Assembly (NCBI GenBank): GCA_008632985.1
Contig: QPGO01000168.1
Location: 1-64,000 of the forward strand
Reading direction: 5' to 3'
Source: Psammoneis japonica
Taxonomy: Eukaryota
Length of the DNA stretch: 64,000 nt
The translations under genes and the position numbers were made by a program. Below, piece after piece: positions 34,329 to 48,133 of the stretch (the first letter of the stretch is position 1; each line of letters starts with the position of its first letter). The notes under the pieces are model-generated. The model ran no database searches and was not told the DNA's origin. It saw only the letters and a program-made list of their open reading frames with translations.

Positions 34329-36682
34329 ATGCTGTTTTCTTCCAAGATGCCCATCAGATGGCCCTTCCTGGCATTCTGTCTCATCCACGAATTCAAAATA
34401 CAAAAGATGGCATGCAGCGCTCAGGAACTGCCTGGTTTCAGAACACCCGCCTTTGACTGCAGCATGTTGCACCGCCAGAATGTGTGTGACCGGCAGCAGG
34501 CGTGGCACAATCGAACAGCTCTGTTGCGTGATGCACTTGAGGGCCTTGAGCTTCACGCTTGGCTCCCCTTTGGTGAGTTTTCGTCGCTTGGTCCTGATGC
34601 GGGTGCGATTGTTCAAGATCAACCCGGGTTCTACGTTGAAACACTTGACGAAGTTGCAAGACGGGGCAGGTTCAAGTGGAGGGATTCCTTTGGCATGACT
34701 GAACACAAGAGTTGAAATGGGAAACAAGAGTGCAGATGAATTGCTCCAATGGACGATTCAAACTTGTGACATTGCTGCGTCACAATGGAGCAAGGACGTT
34801 CGAAGAATCAACTCCGGAGCGAGCTTTCCAGAGGGGGTGTTTGGTGGAAGTGTCGCCATGGTCGGCACTCAGGAGAGCGATTCAAAACTTGACATTTGGC
34901 CCTTCTTGGAGCCTTTTGAATGGAGCGTGTGGGTCATGATTGTTGTGACGTTTCTCGTCGTGGGCTTGACCCACATCCCTGCTCATGCACACGAACCACC
35001 CACCTTGTGTGGTGCGGCAAGGCAAATGACCCACATTTGACCGTTGGGTCGTGCAAGCCGTTTGAACTCAAATTTGAACGTGCTTGCGCGAACTTGGCGA
35101 GCAAATGATGGTTTTTTCTGCTCTTTTCTCGTTTGCTTCACTCATTCTTCCGAAGAGCAACAAAGAGCAAGAAGCCTGGTGGCTCGTGTGCATTTTTGGG
35201 TGCACACGAACCACCTGGTGGTTCGTGTGCACCCTACGCAAAATCCTGCGTAGATTTGTACCGAATTAAATCTGAGTGCCTACATCTGCAGTAGGATCTA
35301 CGTGAAAACGCACTCGAAACGTGTCCACCGAGCCGGCAGTCATGTGCCGGCCGTCGTGTAAAGTATTTTATGTCTGAGAAAGAGTTCGTCAGGGCCGGCG
35401 AACAGCACCCCCTACGTTGCGATTGGTACAAAATCTACGTAAATGCACAGAAACCAGCGTGTGGCTTCTGTGCAAATTAGAGCTCGTGAAAAATAAGCAG
35501 GGATATGTGGAGTGAGTTATTGTTCGCATACGCTGATTGCCCTGGAGCCTTGTAGGTTCGCGTCACTGATACTCCATCTTGTTTCTCATTCACACTATGC
35601 AGTGGAGTGGTTCAATGAGGATTCTGATCGTCAAGAGCCAGGAAACACACCCACAGAAACAGTCTGCTTTGCGGCGCTCAGCTTCACCGGGGATATCAAA
35701 TTTGAGCCGAGTACCGACTATGCCCGGCTTTTTGTTTTTGCCTTGGCCTTCTGGAGTCTCCTCATGGCATCTGCCTACACCGCAAACCTAGCTAGCTTTC
35801 TTGTGGTGGAAAACACTCCGTCTCTCCAAGTGGAAAGCGTCGAACAAGCTGTTCGACTCAAACTTCCAATGTGCGTCCTCGCAGATAGCACTAACGAATT
35901 CGAGGTATTGGACGCCCATCCCGGCGCCAAACTCATACGCTTTCCAGCGAGTGGGGGTGAAGAACCTATTTATCGGGGAGTACCCGTGGAGAGTGTATAT
36001 TGGCATTAACGACAGTCGGTAGCTGGGATAGATACAAAAGAAACAGCGAAGCGAACGGGGATGCCGACTCTCTTGGGTTGGCAGAGTGTTTAGGTTCATC
36101 CAAGGTGGTCTTGCGTCTTGCAACCTTTTCCGACTCTGGAACACTCTGTACCTCTCTCATTCGGGATGTGTTCAACTTGCATCTTCTCGAAATGCATGCA
36201 GATGGTTTTGTTCGCACTGAGTGGAAGAAAGCGATCGAAGCCACTGCGGATATCAACTGCGACATGGCGGCTAGTGATACCGACGGTTCCGGAGGGAGCG
36301 ACTCAAACATAAGGCTATCCCTCACGGACATGGGAGGCTTGTTCATTTTCTTTTATGGTTTAACAGGTATTACCGTCTGCATGGCCCTGTTTCAGAAATG
36401 GAATCATAAACGAAAGCTCAAACAAAACATCGATCAGGAAAGGAGCGCCGGAAAGACGGGGCAACGCCACAAGATTGGCATGGTGGCAGTGAGACTGCCG
36501 ACGAGCCTTTCAATTCCGCACGAGCGCAACTGAAAGAGATGCGTCAGCAACTTAGTGACCAAATGGAGAAACTTAACGACCAAATGGAGACAAATCAAAG
36601 GATGGAACAGCAAATGAGCGATATGCTCCTTATGCGTGATAGTGGCGAACATGAAACGAAAACATCCCCGGACTGTCATTGA
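34329..36682 (+). pseudogene. Ionotropic glutamate receptor-like (GLR) channel gene, disrupted; 5' half eroded, 3' half normal
   Basis: GFYVETLDEVARRGRFKW (S1), FLEPFEWSVWVMIVVTF (M1), FWSLLMASAYTANLASFL (M3, SYTANLA motif), LSLTDMGGLF (M4); insertion at ~34980-35600 and several frameshifts. Confidence 0.85.
34986..35231. mobile_element. Small MITE (34986-35192) plus an adjacent 'empty' TIR pair (35201-35231)
   Basis: tgcacacgaaccacc (34986-35000) pairs with ggtggctcgtgtgca (35178-35192); 35201-35231 is a perfect 15+1+15 palindrome of the same sequence. Confidence 0.6.
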
Positions 36683-37670
36683 GCATGAATACACGACAAA
36701 CGAAGACCTCGTGCTCTTTGTGTTTTTGTAATAACACCATCTACAACACGAGACGAAGTAAGACTACCGACTGCCTTGTTCAAGGATATCGAAGGGCCAT
36801 GTTATGTGCTCTTTGGGAATCCATCAACCAGTGCAGCACACACGCAGGACTCGTACTTTTTGTGATTGCTGAGATGCTACGTTGCCCCCTTTGTTCGTGG
36901 CCTACAGTATTGAAATGTCCACGCGAGTGAAACCACTGTCGGACGCGACGGACGGAGTCTCCTCGGTTGACGCCATTCTATGAAATACTTTTAGACACGA
37001 CATTGACATTGTTTCTAAAACTATTTGGATTTATATAGCGATTCTAAAGGCGAATGCGGCACGCCACCGAGTCTTCTGAAGTACAAAAGGGAATAATAAA
37101 CGATTTGAACACGCCTTTTCTGTCCCATTCCTGGCTTGTGCCTCGCGCCGTATTTCGTTTATTGTCACGAGAACTTTTGAGTTACTTTTTTAGAGACTGT
37201 GACGCCTTCGCGGTCCATCAAGCTAAAGCCGTCAACAGCGAATTTAGTAATGCGCGCCATTACCAAAGCATTTTCAGTGTCTCACGCAAGTTACTGTGTG
37301 ATATCTTGATAGACGATGAAAACTATCCTCGGAAGTTGTGTTTATGCATAAGGGTTGGCGGCCGGATGGTAGCTGGCAATACATACCAGGATTTGGAAAT
37401 AGGACTTTAGTAACATCAATGCTACAAAACCAGAAGGTATCTTTATTCGAGGGAGACATTTTAATCATGTTCACTGAGAGCACTAGAAGAAGGATCTTGA
37501 AGATTGCCTTGGCGTTTCGGCATTGCCTTTTAAAATCCCTCTACTTTGAGTCTATTTGTATGCCGTGTCAAGAGCTTTCGCAATGCCTCATGCTTTCAAC
37601 AGTACGCCCTGTGCGATGAGAATAAAGTACAAAAACTCATTGTAGTATAAACACACAAACTACAGCACTA

Positions 37671-39220
37671 CTACTCTTGTTTAGGTTGTTGTCCCCCTTT
37701 TATTCCCAACACATGCATTTCTTGTGACAAGTCCGACAGGGTCGATTGCACTCCACCGCTATTAAAGGTTCCCAACGACATGGCTGTTCCCGATGACATG
37801 TTTCGTGATCGCAACGGTCCCACGTCGTCCATCATTTCAACGACATTCCATCTCTGTTGATCACTGCTATTCAATACCGATCCCAAATGCTCGACTCCCG
37901 AATGAGGTTCAATCATGGAAAAGGTCAAATCACTCGAACTGGATACATCAAATCCCAACCCACTTAAACGCATGGAATTCCTCATTTCCACATCCACGTT
38001 TGCCAAGTCTTGAAACAAAATACCGGGATCCGCATTCGTCGAATGAATGCTATTGGAACGTATTAGATTTTCCACATCAATTTGAGATGACCGCAGCGAG
38101 TTTCGAGTGTCATCCATAGATGAAGACAAGACGCTGCCGCGAGGATCGATATCCATACCGTCCGCAGGCGTGGTAGCTGTAGAATCAAACGGTTCGGCTG
38201 GACCAATGATCTGTGCCGTGCGATCGAGAGCACTCGATTGGAGACTGTTCTTGGCTGCCATTTCGGCTTGTTGTGTTTCCTTGAGAGTCGCTCGCAGGTT
38301 ACCATCCAAGAGTCGATTCGATCCCGAACTACTCGAATTGCGCAGCTTGGATTCATCCGCGGTAATTCCTGAAATGGACGACACATTGGTGGACGCCGAC
38401 GAGTGCGGTGATGTGTAGGGCCGACCAAACGCATAATGTGGCAGTTCTTTCGAGGATGTCAAATCCAGAGCATCCAAAGCACGGTTGTGACTGTGAAATT
38501 TGGAGGGAATGTTGTTCAAGGCCACGGGAAAATCAAATCGACGTGCTGCAGTAGCAGATGGACTGTTGTTGCCTTGGTACGTGTGATAGACGGGTGTATC
38601 TTCTTGAATGGTTGGATTGTTTGTTGTTGCCGTGCTTCTACTGGATGAAATGTTGGGACTTACAATGTTTGGACTCGACGCCACCGTATTATCATGATCG
38701 TCCTCCAATTCCTCGCGAATTTCTGGAGCATCCTCTCTCAGAGCTGTAATCGTGTTTCCAAGACGGTAAATAAGTGCGTTGTAGAAGAATAAAACAGAAT
38801 GAGACATGATTAAGACTTAATAATCACTAAAACTAGAATCGAACAAAGTAATCACGCATTATTAATTCAAAATTCCCACTCACCTTGCCCCACTTTTTTG
38901 ATTGCCTTGGCATCACCTATATCATACCACATGCCATCGGGATCTTGCAATAAGAAGCGCCCCGGTGGATCCATGGCGCGTATATCCTCTACGAGTTTTG
39001 CGGCAATGTGCGCCTTTTCCAGCTTTTTCGTTTCAGGCGCGAGATATATTTTCTTTCGGCGCTTACAAATATCTCGGAATTGAACGTTGCCCTCATGCGA
39101 ATTTATGCGACCGCCACGACCGCACAAGACATCGTTGCAATTGGGATGCGCTACAGGACCAATGCCGCGGGGTGCAACCTTGAGCTGAGGACGGGGCTGT
39201 GCTGTGGACTTTTTGGGCAT
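37671..39220 (-). CDS. DUF6824-like domain protein with a Ser-rich low-complexity C-terminus; intron 38744-38883
   Basis: NDVLCGRGGRINSHEGNVQFR...PPGRFL...WYDIGDAKAIKKVGQ|ALRE is restored by GT-AG splicing; frame intact. Confidence 0.88.
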
Positions 39221-39852
39221 TGTTATTTTTACTGCGTGCAGAAAAAAATGTGAGGCGAAGCTCGGTGAGACGATTCATTCGACTAAAATAGATAAAGCAC
39301 AGCGAAATTACTTTTCAACCGTTACCGGCTGAATCGCATCACACGCCGTGGATTCTATCATGATGCAAACTAGAAATACACACAGAGACATCGATGCGCT
39401 GCGTTGCAACCGCAAGAGACGTACCATCACCATGTCGACGCACGCAACAACGACAGCAAAACAACAACAACCGAGCGCGATGGGAATTCTTTTGTCGATC
39501 AACACCGGCGGTCTTCCCAATTCCTACGTAAGTTGTTAGTATGTTTCTACGCAGGGTCTCTCAATTTTCAGCGTTCCATTTTATACATATCTACATGACA
39601 ATAGATTGTTTTATATGAAGGTTCGAATTCTCTTTCATGTAAACATATATGTGTATATGGACAAAACGCGATAGTCCGTTGAGAAGGATTTTTCGGCCAC
39701 ATTTTTTTCTCGAAACAACATTTTGAGATCAAGCCGTTGAAGCAACGCGCACCTAAATTGATTTAAAAATTCAAACCAAACGCATGCTGCAGACACAAAT
39801 CACATTCTCTCTCTCTCACGCATAAATAACAAGTGCAACATTTTGGTAAACC

Positions 39853-42800
39853 ATGAAGGTGCATCTTTTTGCATCATCCCTCCTTTTTGCGGTTGGCAAA
39901 GTGCGAGGCCGTGTTTCGCCAACCCCAAGGAGAGCTACGGCGTCCTTCCGGTCGTTTGCTGGAAGTGGCCCCACCGCCACTCCTAGTCCAACTCGAGATG
40001 GAGCCATGCCGTCCTTCCGGTCTTTTGCTGGAAGTGGCCCTACCACCACTCCCAGTCCAACCGCTCAACCTACTTCAAGTGATCCCCCTACCAGTTCCAG
40101 TCCATCCGCTCAACCTTCTTCAAGTCCATCCGCTCAACCTACTTCAAGCCCAACAGATCCTGCAAGGATTGGTCTCGACATTGGCTGCATTGTGTCGTCT
40201 GACACCTTTGATGGTGTCTTGGAAGGCACCCCTTGTCAAGAGATTCCTCCTCTTGTGGATACTCAGTGTGCTCCGGGCAATGATCCGCTCACTCTTGTCA
40301 CCTTTCGGTACAGCTACAGCACCTGTGACACCAGTGACAATAACCAGAGTGGCCTATGCAGTGACGAATTGGAAAACAAAGACGAGTGTGAAGCAGCTGA
40401 CGCGGTTCGAATTGTATGTGTCGGTGATGGCGGCGAGGCCTTGTTTGACGATACGGGCAGTACACAAGATTTCTTTTTTGTTATTGAGGGAACGCCGGTA
40501 TTGCCAAATGCTATTACGTGTGAAATCTCTCTTCCAGGTAATGGTGACCCCTGTCAAAGCATGACAATCGACACAGCAGGGATTGATGGTGCTCTTGATT
40601 TGGGAGACACGTTTGGCAGTTTGGAGTTGCGCCGTTGCAGAGACATCAACAGCAATGGTAAGGCCTGTAGAATCGCCGTGAATTACTTGTATACGGTTGA
40701 CAACACTGGAGGCACCGACTTAAATGTTACGGCACTGGAGGTGATGCGCAACGGCGTTGCACAGGATTTTATAGACCTAGTCAATCCCAAAATCCTATCA
40801 CCTGGAGAAGGCGTTCTTGTGGACGATGCCGCCTTTGTTAACCGTTGCCAAAACCAGTGTTTCAACACCAGTGCAGTCGTTGAAGCAGACAGTGTTCCAG
40901 CAGGCGAGACCGTCCGCGACCGGGATCAATACGAATTTTGCCTCGTGTTTGATCCTGATTTTACAGAGGTACGTTTTCTAGATTCTGCAAAAATATGATT
41001 ATAATCCAAATTGTCATGACTCATGCTTTTGAAAACATTGCTTCATGGAATCCGTCTCTCCAGGTTGAACTTAGCTGCGCCGTATCAAACGACCCCGCCG
41101 AAAACCTTGCAAATGGAATCGAGTGCGATGCCATTCCTCCCCTTTTGGATACTCTATGTACTGGAGACCCAATCACGGATCCCCTCACGTCTCTCACGTT
41201 CGAGTACAACTTTGCCCTCTGCCAAATGGATCTTCCAAGCGCTGGCGGATGCCTTGATACAGCAAATTCTGAAGATGCAGAACTTTGTGGCGACGCTACA
41301 GAATTCACTCTTATTTTTGAGGGTGGCGGTGAGACTTTTTTTGTGACAAGTGGCGATCTACTTCAAATTGGTGATGGGACGACTGCTTTGCCGGAAAGCT
41401 TCGCCTTCCAAATCATGGTTTCCGATAATGGTCCGCTGTGTCAAACCGTGACTTTTGACACCACCGGAGTTGAAGCTGGGCCCATTGAAATCGGAAATGT
41501 ATTTGGTAGTCTCACTACAAAGCAATGTGCGCTGGGAAGCGGAAACATAAAGAGCTGCATCATTGATATTGAATATATTTCGGCGGTTACAAATGTTGCA
41601 GAGACGGACCTGTCTATCAATCAGTTTGTTCTTTCCATTGAGACTGGTAGCGATGGATCAATCGAAATGTTGTCTCCCAATGCTACGACCATCGAACCCG
41701 GTCAGAGCTCTGTTGCGGTCACCCCAACAACATTGGACCGTTGTCAAGATGCGTGCTACGATGCAACGACATCCGTGCAAGTCGAAGACACAAATGGTGT
41801 GATCAAGAATGACAAGGACGACTACAATTTTTGCGTCGCATTCGAGCCTTGCGAAATTGAGGTAAGCTACTGAAAACGAAAAGCAACACAGTTGAGGAGA
41901 GAGTTTGAAAGCCCTTCAAGCATTTTCTAACTATTTGGATATCTGTGCGTTTTGTTATGATAGGTATCGATTGAATGCACCCTTTTTGATGATCCAAGCA
42001 CATTCTGTGACCAAATCGTCCTTCCAGAGTCCAAGAGTTGCTCTACTACACATCCTAATTTTATTGATCAATTGACGGTTTCAATCCAGGATGTTGATTG
42101 TAATGAAAACGTAACAATGCAAGACTTTACTTGTGACGACTTGAATGACATTGCCCTGGATGGAATCTTTCGCGTCGCGTGCTTTAGCGATGGGCGTACG
42201 ATATACGACGAAGACGACGTCGTTCTGGATAAGACATTTCACATTCGAGAGCTGGCGGGTATGCCCTTACCACAAGACCTTGAGTGCAATATCTATGACC
42301 CCAACGATGAGAATCAAATTGTGCAAAAGGTTGTTTTCGACGCGAGCGGTGGATCACCACTTTCTCTCAAGGACAAATATGGAAAGGTACAGATTGAAGG
42401 ATGCAAAGATGAATCGGGTTACAGGGATTCACAGTGTCGCGTGGAGGTTGACTACGCATATACCATGTCAAACATTGGTGATGAGGATGCCCGTATCACT
42501 GAATTGATTGGCACCGTGAATGGAGAAACAAGAAATTTAACTATGCTTCTACCCGCTGACTTTACTCTCTCCCCTAACGAATTCGTCGTAGCTTACAACC
42601 CCGAAGAAATTGATCTTTGCATTGAGGACGATCCGTGCTTTGAAAGCACATTGACTGCCAAGGCTGAAACGAGTGGTGGAGTTCCATGCCAAGCCTTGGC
42701 GGAGAATGAGTTTTGTCCGTCACCACCCGGCATGGACGAGGTAAGTTGTGACTTCATAGAAATGTGCTTGTTTATTCTTGTCCTGGTGAGCTCGAGCTAA

Positions 42801-43008
42801 ACACATTGCCTTTTCTTAGTCTTTTGACGAGTCTGATGACGAGCCTGATGATGGCAAAAATGCCAAGCCAGAGAAAAAAGAAAAGGCAAAGAGCAAGCTT
42901 CGAGGAGAAACAGCAGCAGCAAAGGACATCAAGACAAAAGAGAATAGTAAAAGTAAATCGAGCAAGTCACACAATCCCCGAAGTAAGAGCAAACACATCA
43001 AACTTTAA
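39853..43008 (+). CDS. Secreted protein with a Pro/Ser/Thr stalk and three Cys-containing repeats (DUF7467-like); introns 40969-41063, 41862-41963 and 42741-42819
   Basis: Signal peptide and PTSSPSAQP repeats. Each large exon repeats ...Q.....D.......L...FG.L...C...Y.Y...N.G. GT-AG introns keep the frame to TAA at 43006-43008. Confidence 0.82.
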
Positions 43009-45282
43009 TCAAGTGAAACAAGAGTCGCATGGGAAACAGGCTGTTAGCATGTGCATTTCAACGTTGCACATGTTTGTACTACTGGCCGCTAAATCATAAA
43101 AGTTAACGCAATTGCTTATGCTGCATTTTGATTTTATACGAGGATGCACCATCCATGTGCAAATGGCGTCAGAATCCACTTTCGAAAAGTGTTCTCTCTT
43201 TTCAGAGATCTCTTCTTACACACCCGGTTTGAATCCAGATGCTTGTCTCGACAGGCCACCTCTGACGTTTCCCACCACACTGTACACACCAGTCAGCTTT
43301 TCCCTCCAACTTGAAGCTCTGTGGCTGAAGCCAGTTTTTGCTTGCCTTGCTTGTCATTTGCATCAAGCATTCGGGTGAGCTGACATGAATCCATGAGTCT
43401 TGCTTCACATGCTGCAGCTCTCCTGACTCTAGCTGGTGAGACAGGACTTTCTGGCTGGACTGGAGATGGCTTCACCATCGCTGTGCATTGCCTTCTCTCA
43501 ACCCAATGCCAGATGGCAAGGAGAGAGGCTGGGAGTTGGGGTTGGGTGGGGGGCAGCCACACAATTTTTTGATCCCATGACAGGGCCATTCAGCAGCAGT
43601 TGTTGATGAAAAAAATCATTTGCAGAAGTCATGTGTGCATGACAATGTTGTCATTGTTTTGAAACCCAAGCAACTGGAAAAGGTCTCGCTGGATCACAAA
43701 AAGAGAAAAACACGAGTGGTGCCTTGAGTGTTGCCTCAAGCAACATTGTCATTTCACACACCTTTTGTGGCACCTTGCAACAGACTGGTTGGCAAACACC
43801 AAAGCAGCTCCACAGTTGAGATGGCATCCTTGTGGCTCACTGGCAAATGGTGGGGGGCATGCTCAAAAGTGCAAAGCTTCACAAATGCAAAAATGAGCAC
43901 TGTGGCAGTGTGGGCAACTCGCCATTGCCTTTGAAGGCTGCACCCCATTGTCTCACAAACCAGTGCCAGGCACCCTCAATGGAAAGATGGCACAGGTCTT
44001 TGTCTCTGTGCAACCTCTGGCTCATGTCTGGACACACCCTCCAAGCTTTTCCTGCAGGACTGCCAGGGCCCAGGGCCACTGCAAGGTTGGGCCTGTGGCA
44101 CCAGACTTGGGGCTCAAAAGCCTCACTTGCAAAAAAAACATTTTGCGTGCACAAGGCCCAGCCCTGCACTCTTGCAACTGTGCAAGCCAGCTGTGTGAGT
44201 CCCTTTTTTGCTCTCTTGTTTTGTGTGTGCACAGCTGTGGCTTTAAAAATCTTGTTGAATTGATTCCACCATCAAATGGACAGAGGGCCTGCAAAGCATG
44301 TGCAATTGCTGCAAAGAGGCTTGCTGTGTGGCAAGGAGTGTGAGAGTGTGCACGGAGTCACGCATCGTCATTGTGGCAGGCTGCTGAGTCAAAAAAATTG
44401 CAACAGCATCACAATCTGCAACAAATTCTGAGCCCTTCACAATCACTGGGAGGCAAGTTGAAACACAACCCTTGTTGCCCTCCAAGATCATCTTTGCGGC
44501 ACGGGCAACATCCTCTGCCGGCACAGCTCATGGTGCAGGAGGCGCTCTTTCCACTTTGGTCAAGAAAAGACACAGTGTGCAAGAAATGAGACAAGAAGCC
44601 ATTTTGTTTTCAAAGGAAATTGTGCTTGCAACAAGACAGCAATTCATGCCAATGCATCGCAAGATTTTGTCAAAAATGACCTTTTTGGATGACTGCATCA
44701 CACACCACCTTTTCTCACAAACAAACACAACAACAATGATGACCTGACTGGTGGTCAGTTGTTTTGTGTCACTTGCAGACCTGTGGTTGTCAAAACTGCA
44801 ACATTTGCTTGTCTGAAGCAAAAATGAAGCACTCAGTGCCAGAGACCTCCAGGGTTGGCAGCTTTTGGCAAAGATGGCATGGGGGCACATGTGGACACAT
44901 GAAAACACCTCATGCACTCATTTGTTGGCAGAACAATGTTGCCAAATGTTGTTTTGTCCATGATGTCCTGGTTGCAACCACCACTTTTTGTCATTCCCTC
45001 AAACAATGATGTCAGTCTGAGTTGCACACTGTGACTGCAGTGTGCAACAATCAGGTGCGCACAATTGCATGCTGGCACAGCAAAGTGTCATGGGCAATGT
45101 GAAGGGCAACAAAGTGACATTGTCAATGCTCAACTCTGGCACAGTGTTGTCACATTTAGTCACAACTGTTTTCAAACACAATTTGCTCCTCACAATTCTC
45201 ATCTAAGATGATCTGAGTGTCGTGACATGCCTCATAAAATGCCAATCAAGCCTTGAGTTAAACCAACCATTCATTCGCAACA

Positions 45283-46868
45283 ATGTTTGCCAGCAGATCA
45301 GCTCTCATCCTGCTGGCTGTGGCCTTTAATTTGCAGAGGAGCAATGCCCAACCAGTCTGGATGGATGAGTTGTGTGTGCTTTGCTGAGGATTGCATTGTT
45401 TTTACTTCGTTTTTGATTGCTCACAAGTTTTTTCCAAATGAGCCCATTGCACAAAGGGAGAAAAAAAGACTGTGCTCTAGAAGAACTGTCTGACATGGGC
45501 GTCTGCGGCAAAAAGACAAGTGTGCCAGGCATGGCCACCCCAAGCCCAACATCTGCACCAACTCCTTTCCCTGCCCTGAGTCCAACATTGTCTCCAGCCC
45601 CTGCTCCGACTTTGAGTCCAACACCATCACCTGCACCTGCACCAACACCATCACCCACTGTGAGAAAGGGCACTTGCTGCCCATGAGCGGGACCCAACAC
45701 GGTTTGCTTGAAGGGCACCAAAGAAGAGTGCCTTTGAAATTGTGGACCATGGCAATGAAATGGTGCAACGTGTCAGGATGCAGATTGCCCGACCCTGTTC
45801 CCAACAACTTTTCCTTCCGTGTGCCCTGCCATGACTTCAACGACCCCGGGTCTGACCTCAGCTCCTGCAACCCTGGCTCCCACCAAAGCTCCTGCATTGC
45901 CACCGAGGAAAGTTGAGAGCCCTGGTGCATGCTGCACCTTGTTTCATGGTTGCAAGTTCCTTTCTGAGGAGATGTGCGTTTTGGGCAGAGGCACATTTGC
46001 GAAACCAAAAGTGCAAGGATGCTGAATGCCCCATGAAGGGAGCTTGCTGCTTGGAGGATGGATGCAAGCAAACCTTCAAAAAGAAGTGCACCAACTGAGG
46101 AGGCAAGTTCAAGGAATTTGGTGTGCCATGTAAATCCCGCTTGTGCCCGACCAAAAAGCCAACCCCAGCTCCAACCCCCAACCTCACCATGAAACTCACC
46201 GTCACTCCCCCCCCTCTGACTGGAGCGTGCTGTGATGTCGAGAAGGATGAATGTGAGCAAATAACGGAAGAAGATTGCGACACGGGGGCATTCTTAGGAC
46301 TTGGAATCAAGTGCAAGCGGGGTGTTTGTCCCACAAGAGCGTGTTGCCTCAAATCTGGAAAGTGCCGTCACTGGTCTCAAAAGACTTGCGCTACAAACGG
46401 ATCATCCTTTTCGGGTCCTTGCACTTCCTGTAAAAATGTTGAGTGCCCAGTCAAGACTTTAAGCCCAACCTCTACTCCAACCCCAACCACTGCTCCTGCC
46501 GAGAAACCGCTCGGAGCCTGCTGCTTCAAGAACGGACTTTGCCGCAACCTCATGCCTGCCGTGTGCAGGAAGAAGTGCGACAAGTTCCTGGGTGTTGGTA
46601 CAATGTGCAAGCCTGAAAACACCTGTCCCGATGGCAAGCCCGGTGCGTGTTGCTTGGTTGAAAAAAAGCAATGCACAGAACTCTCGAAGAGAAGAAGTGC
46701 ATCAAGAGGGGCGGACATTTTGCTGGAAAAGGTGTAAAGTGCAGCATGCTGCTTGCCCAATGGATCGTGTTTCGTGATGAAGAAAAATCAGTGCGTCAAG
46801 AAGAAGCACGAAAAGTTTGTCGGATTCGATACCAAGTGCCGCAAAAAGACCTTCCCAAAGAGCCCTGA
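45283..46868 (+). pseudogene. Secreted Cys-rich repeat protein (GACC...C...G.F.G.G..C...CP) with PT linkers; 5' part eroded and broken
   Basis: Signal-like MFASRSALILLAVAF; repeated GTCC/GACC/RACC units; stops and frameshifts upstream of ~46130; ends PKEP-TGA. Confidence 0.7.
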
Positions 46869-47039
46869 TTACTAGTAGTTCGCACCCCGATTAACGATGC
46901 GAAGAACACGAAATGAAAATTCTCAGATTGAATTTGTTGAGATTGTTCGTGCATAGTTTGCCGAATCAGTCGACCGTAGTGCTTGATTAAAAATAGGTTG
47001 CTTGATTCATCATCCATTGAAACGTACAGTTAAACTCGG

Positions 47040-47640
47040 ATGAGTGAGCGTGTGCTTCACAGGCGGGGTGTTGGAATCGCAAAACGGCACTCTGGCTCTT
47101 GCTTGTTTCCTCTATCTTTCTTTTCCTTATTGGCACCCCCTCACAATGTTCGAAGTATCGTGTTGGCGTCAAGCGAAGAGTCAGATTTGGATTCGAGGAT
47201 GACATCTACTACACGGACATTGCAGAATTGGAAAAAGTTGTTGCCACGCCATCATCCATTGACTTTTTGCACCACGATCCGTTGATGCGTTTTGATCCAA
47301 CGTGGTACTATTACAACCAAACCACTCTCGATGCAAAGGGACTATACCAAGTCGAGAACATGTTTCATACTTCTCAAAATGTCTACCGAGTGAGCAAAAA
47401 CCTGTTGACTGCTTTGGAGTGGACGTTTGAACAATTAGATCATGAATGGTACAATGCCGAGGCACCGTATCCGTTCAACATGAATCTAACTTCAGCATTC
47501 CGGACAGAGCTACAAGGAAAGACGCAGTCAAAATACGAGTTTCTGTATCGTCCCTGTTTCTTAAACTCAAACTTTCCGGCTCCCGGGATATATTATCCTG
47601 TGAAATTTCGAAATGGTGCTTTTCAGAGTTGCATTTAGAG
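47040..47640 (+). CDS. Hypothetical protein (partial; possible frameshift near 47100 and a further exon)
   Basis: 179-aa ORF with normal composition (Tyr-rich) and a hydrophobic N-terminal segment; no recognised motif. Confidence 0.4.
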
Positions 47641-48133
47641 GAGAAACTAGAACACTAATTGACGGTTGTCTTTTCATTGCTTAGACTGCGTAGAGTATCT
47701 TTTACGAGATGCTAAACGCTGAAACTCTAGCCGGATACAATGCACAACTATAATGTCTATGCAAAGCGTTGGACCCGGGGAAATGCCACTCCTGCATTGC
47801 AGAGGACCACTCATAAAGAACAACTCGCCGAATTGAAGAAACTCCTTGACGACAGATCCAAGATGCTGATGGCATTTCTTGCATGTAGCATCCGATAGTC
47901 TGTTCACGTTGGAGAGGAAGTGCACGACGTCGGAACCGTCCAGACTCCCCGGGGCAAGACAACAGGTGGATTAATGAGTTGCTCCTTATAAATCTAATTA
48001 CGAGCATAACTAGCTCTAAGGGGCGAGATGAAGCAGCAGCCGCCGTATTACAGTATCAAGACGCACGGCGTAGAATAAATACCAATATGTTCAAGTCTAC
48101 TGTATTTGTCAAAATCGTTTTTCGATACTAGTC

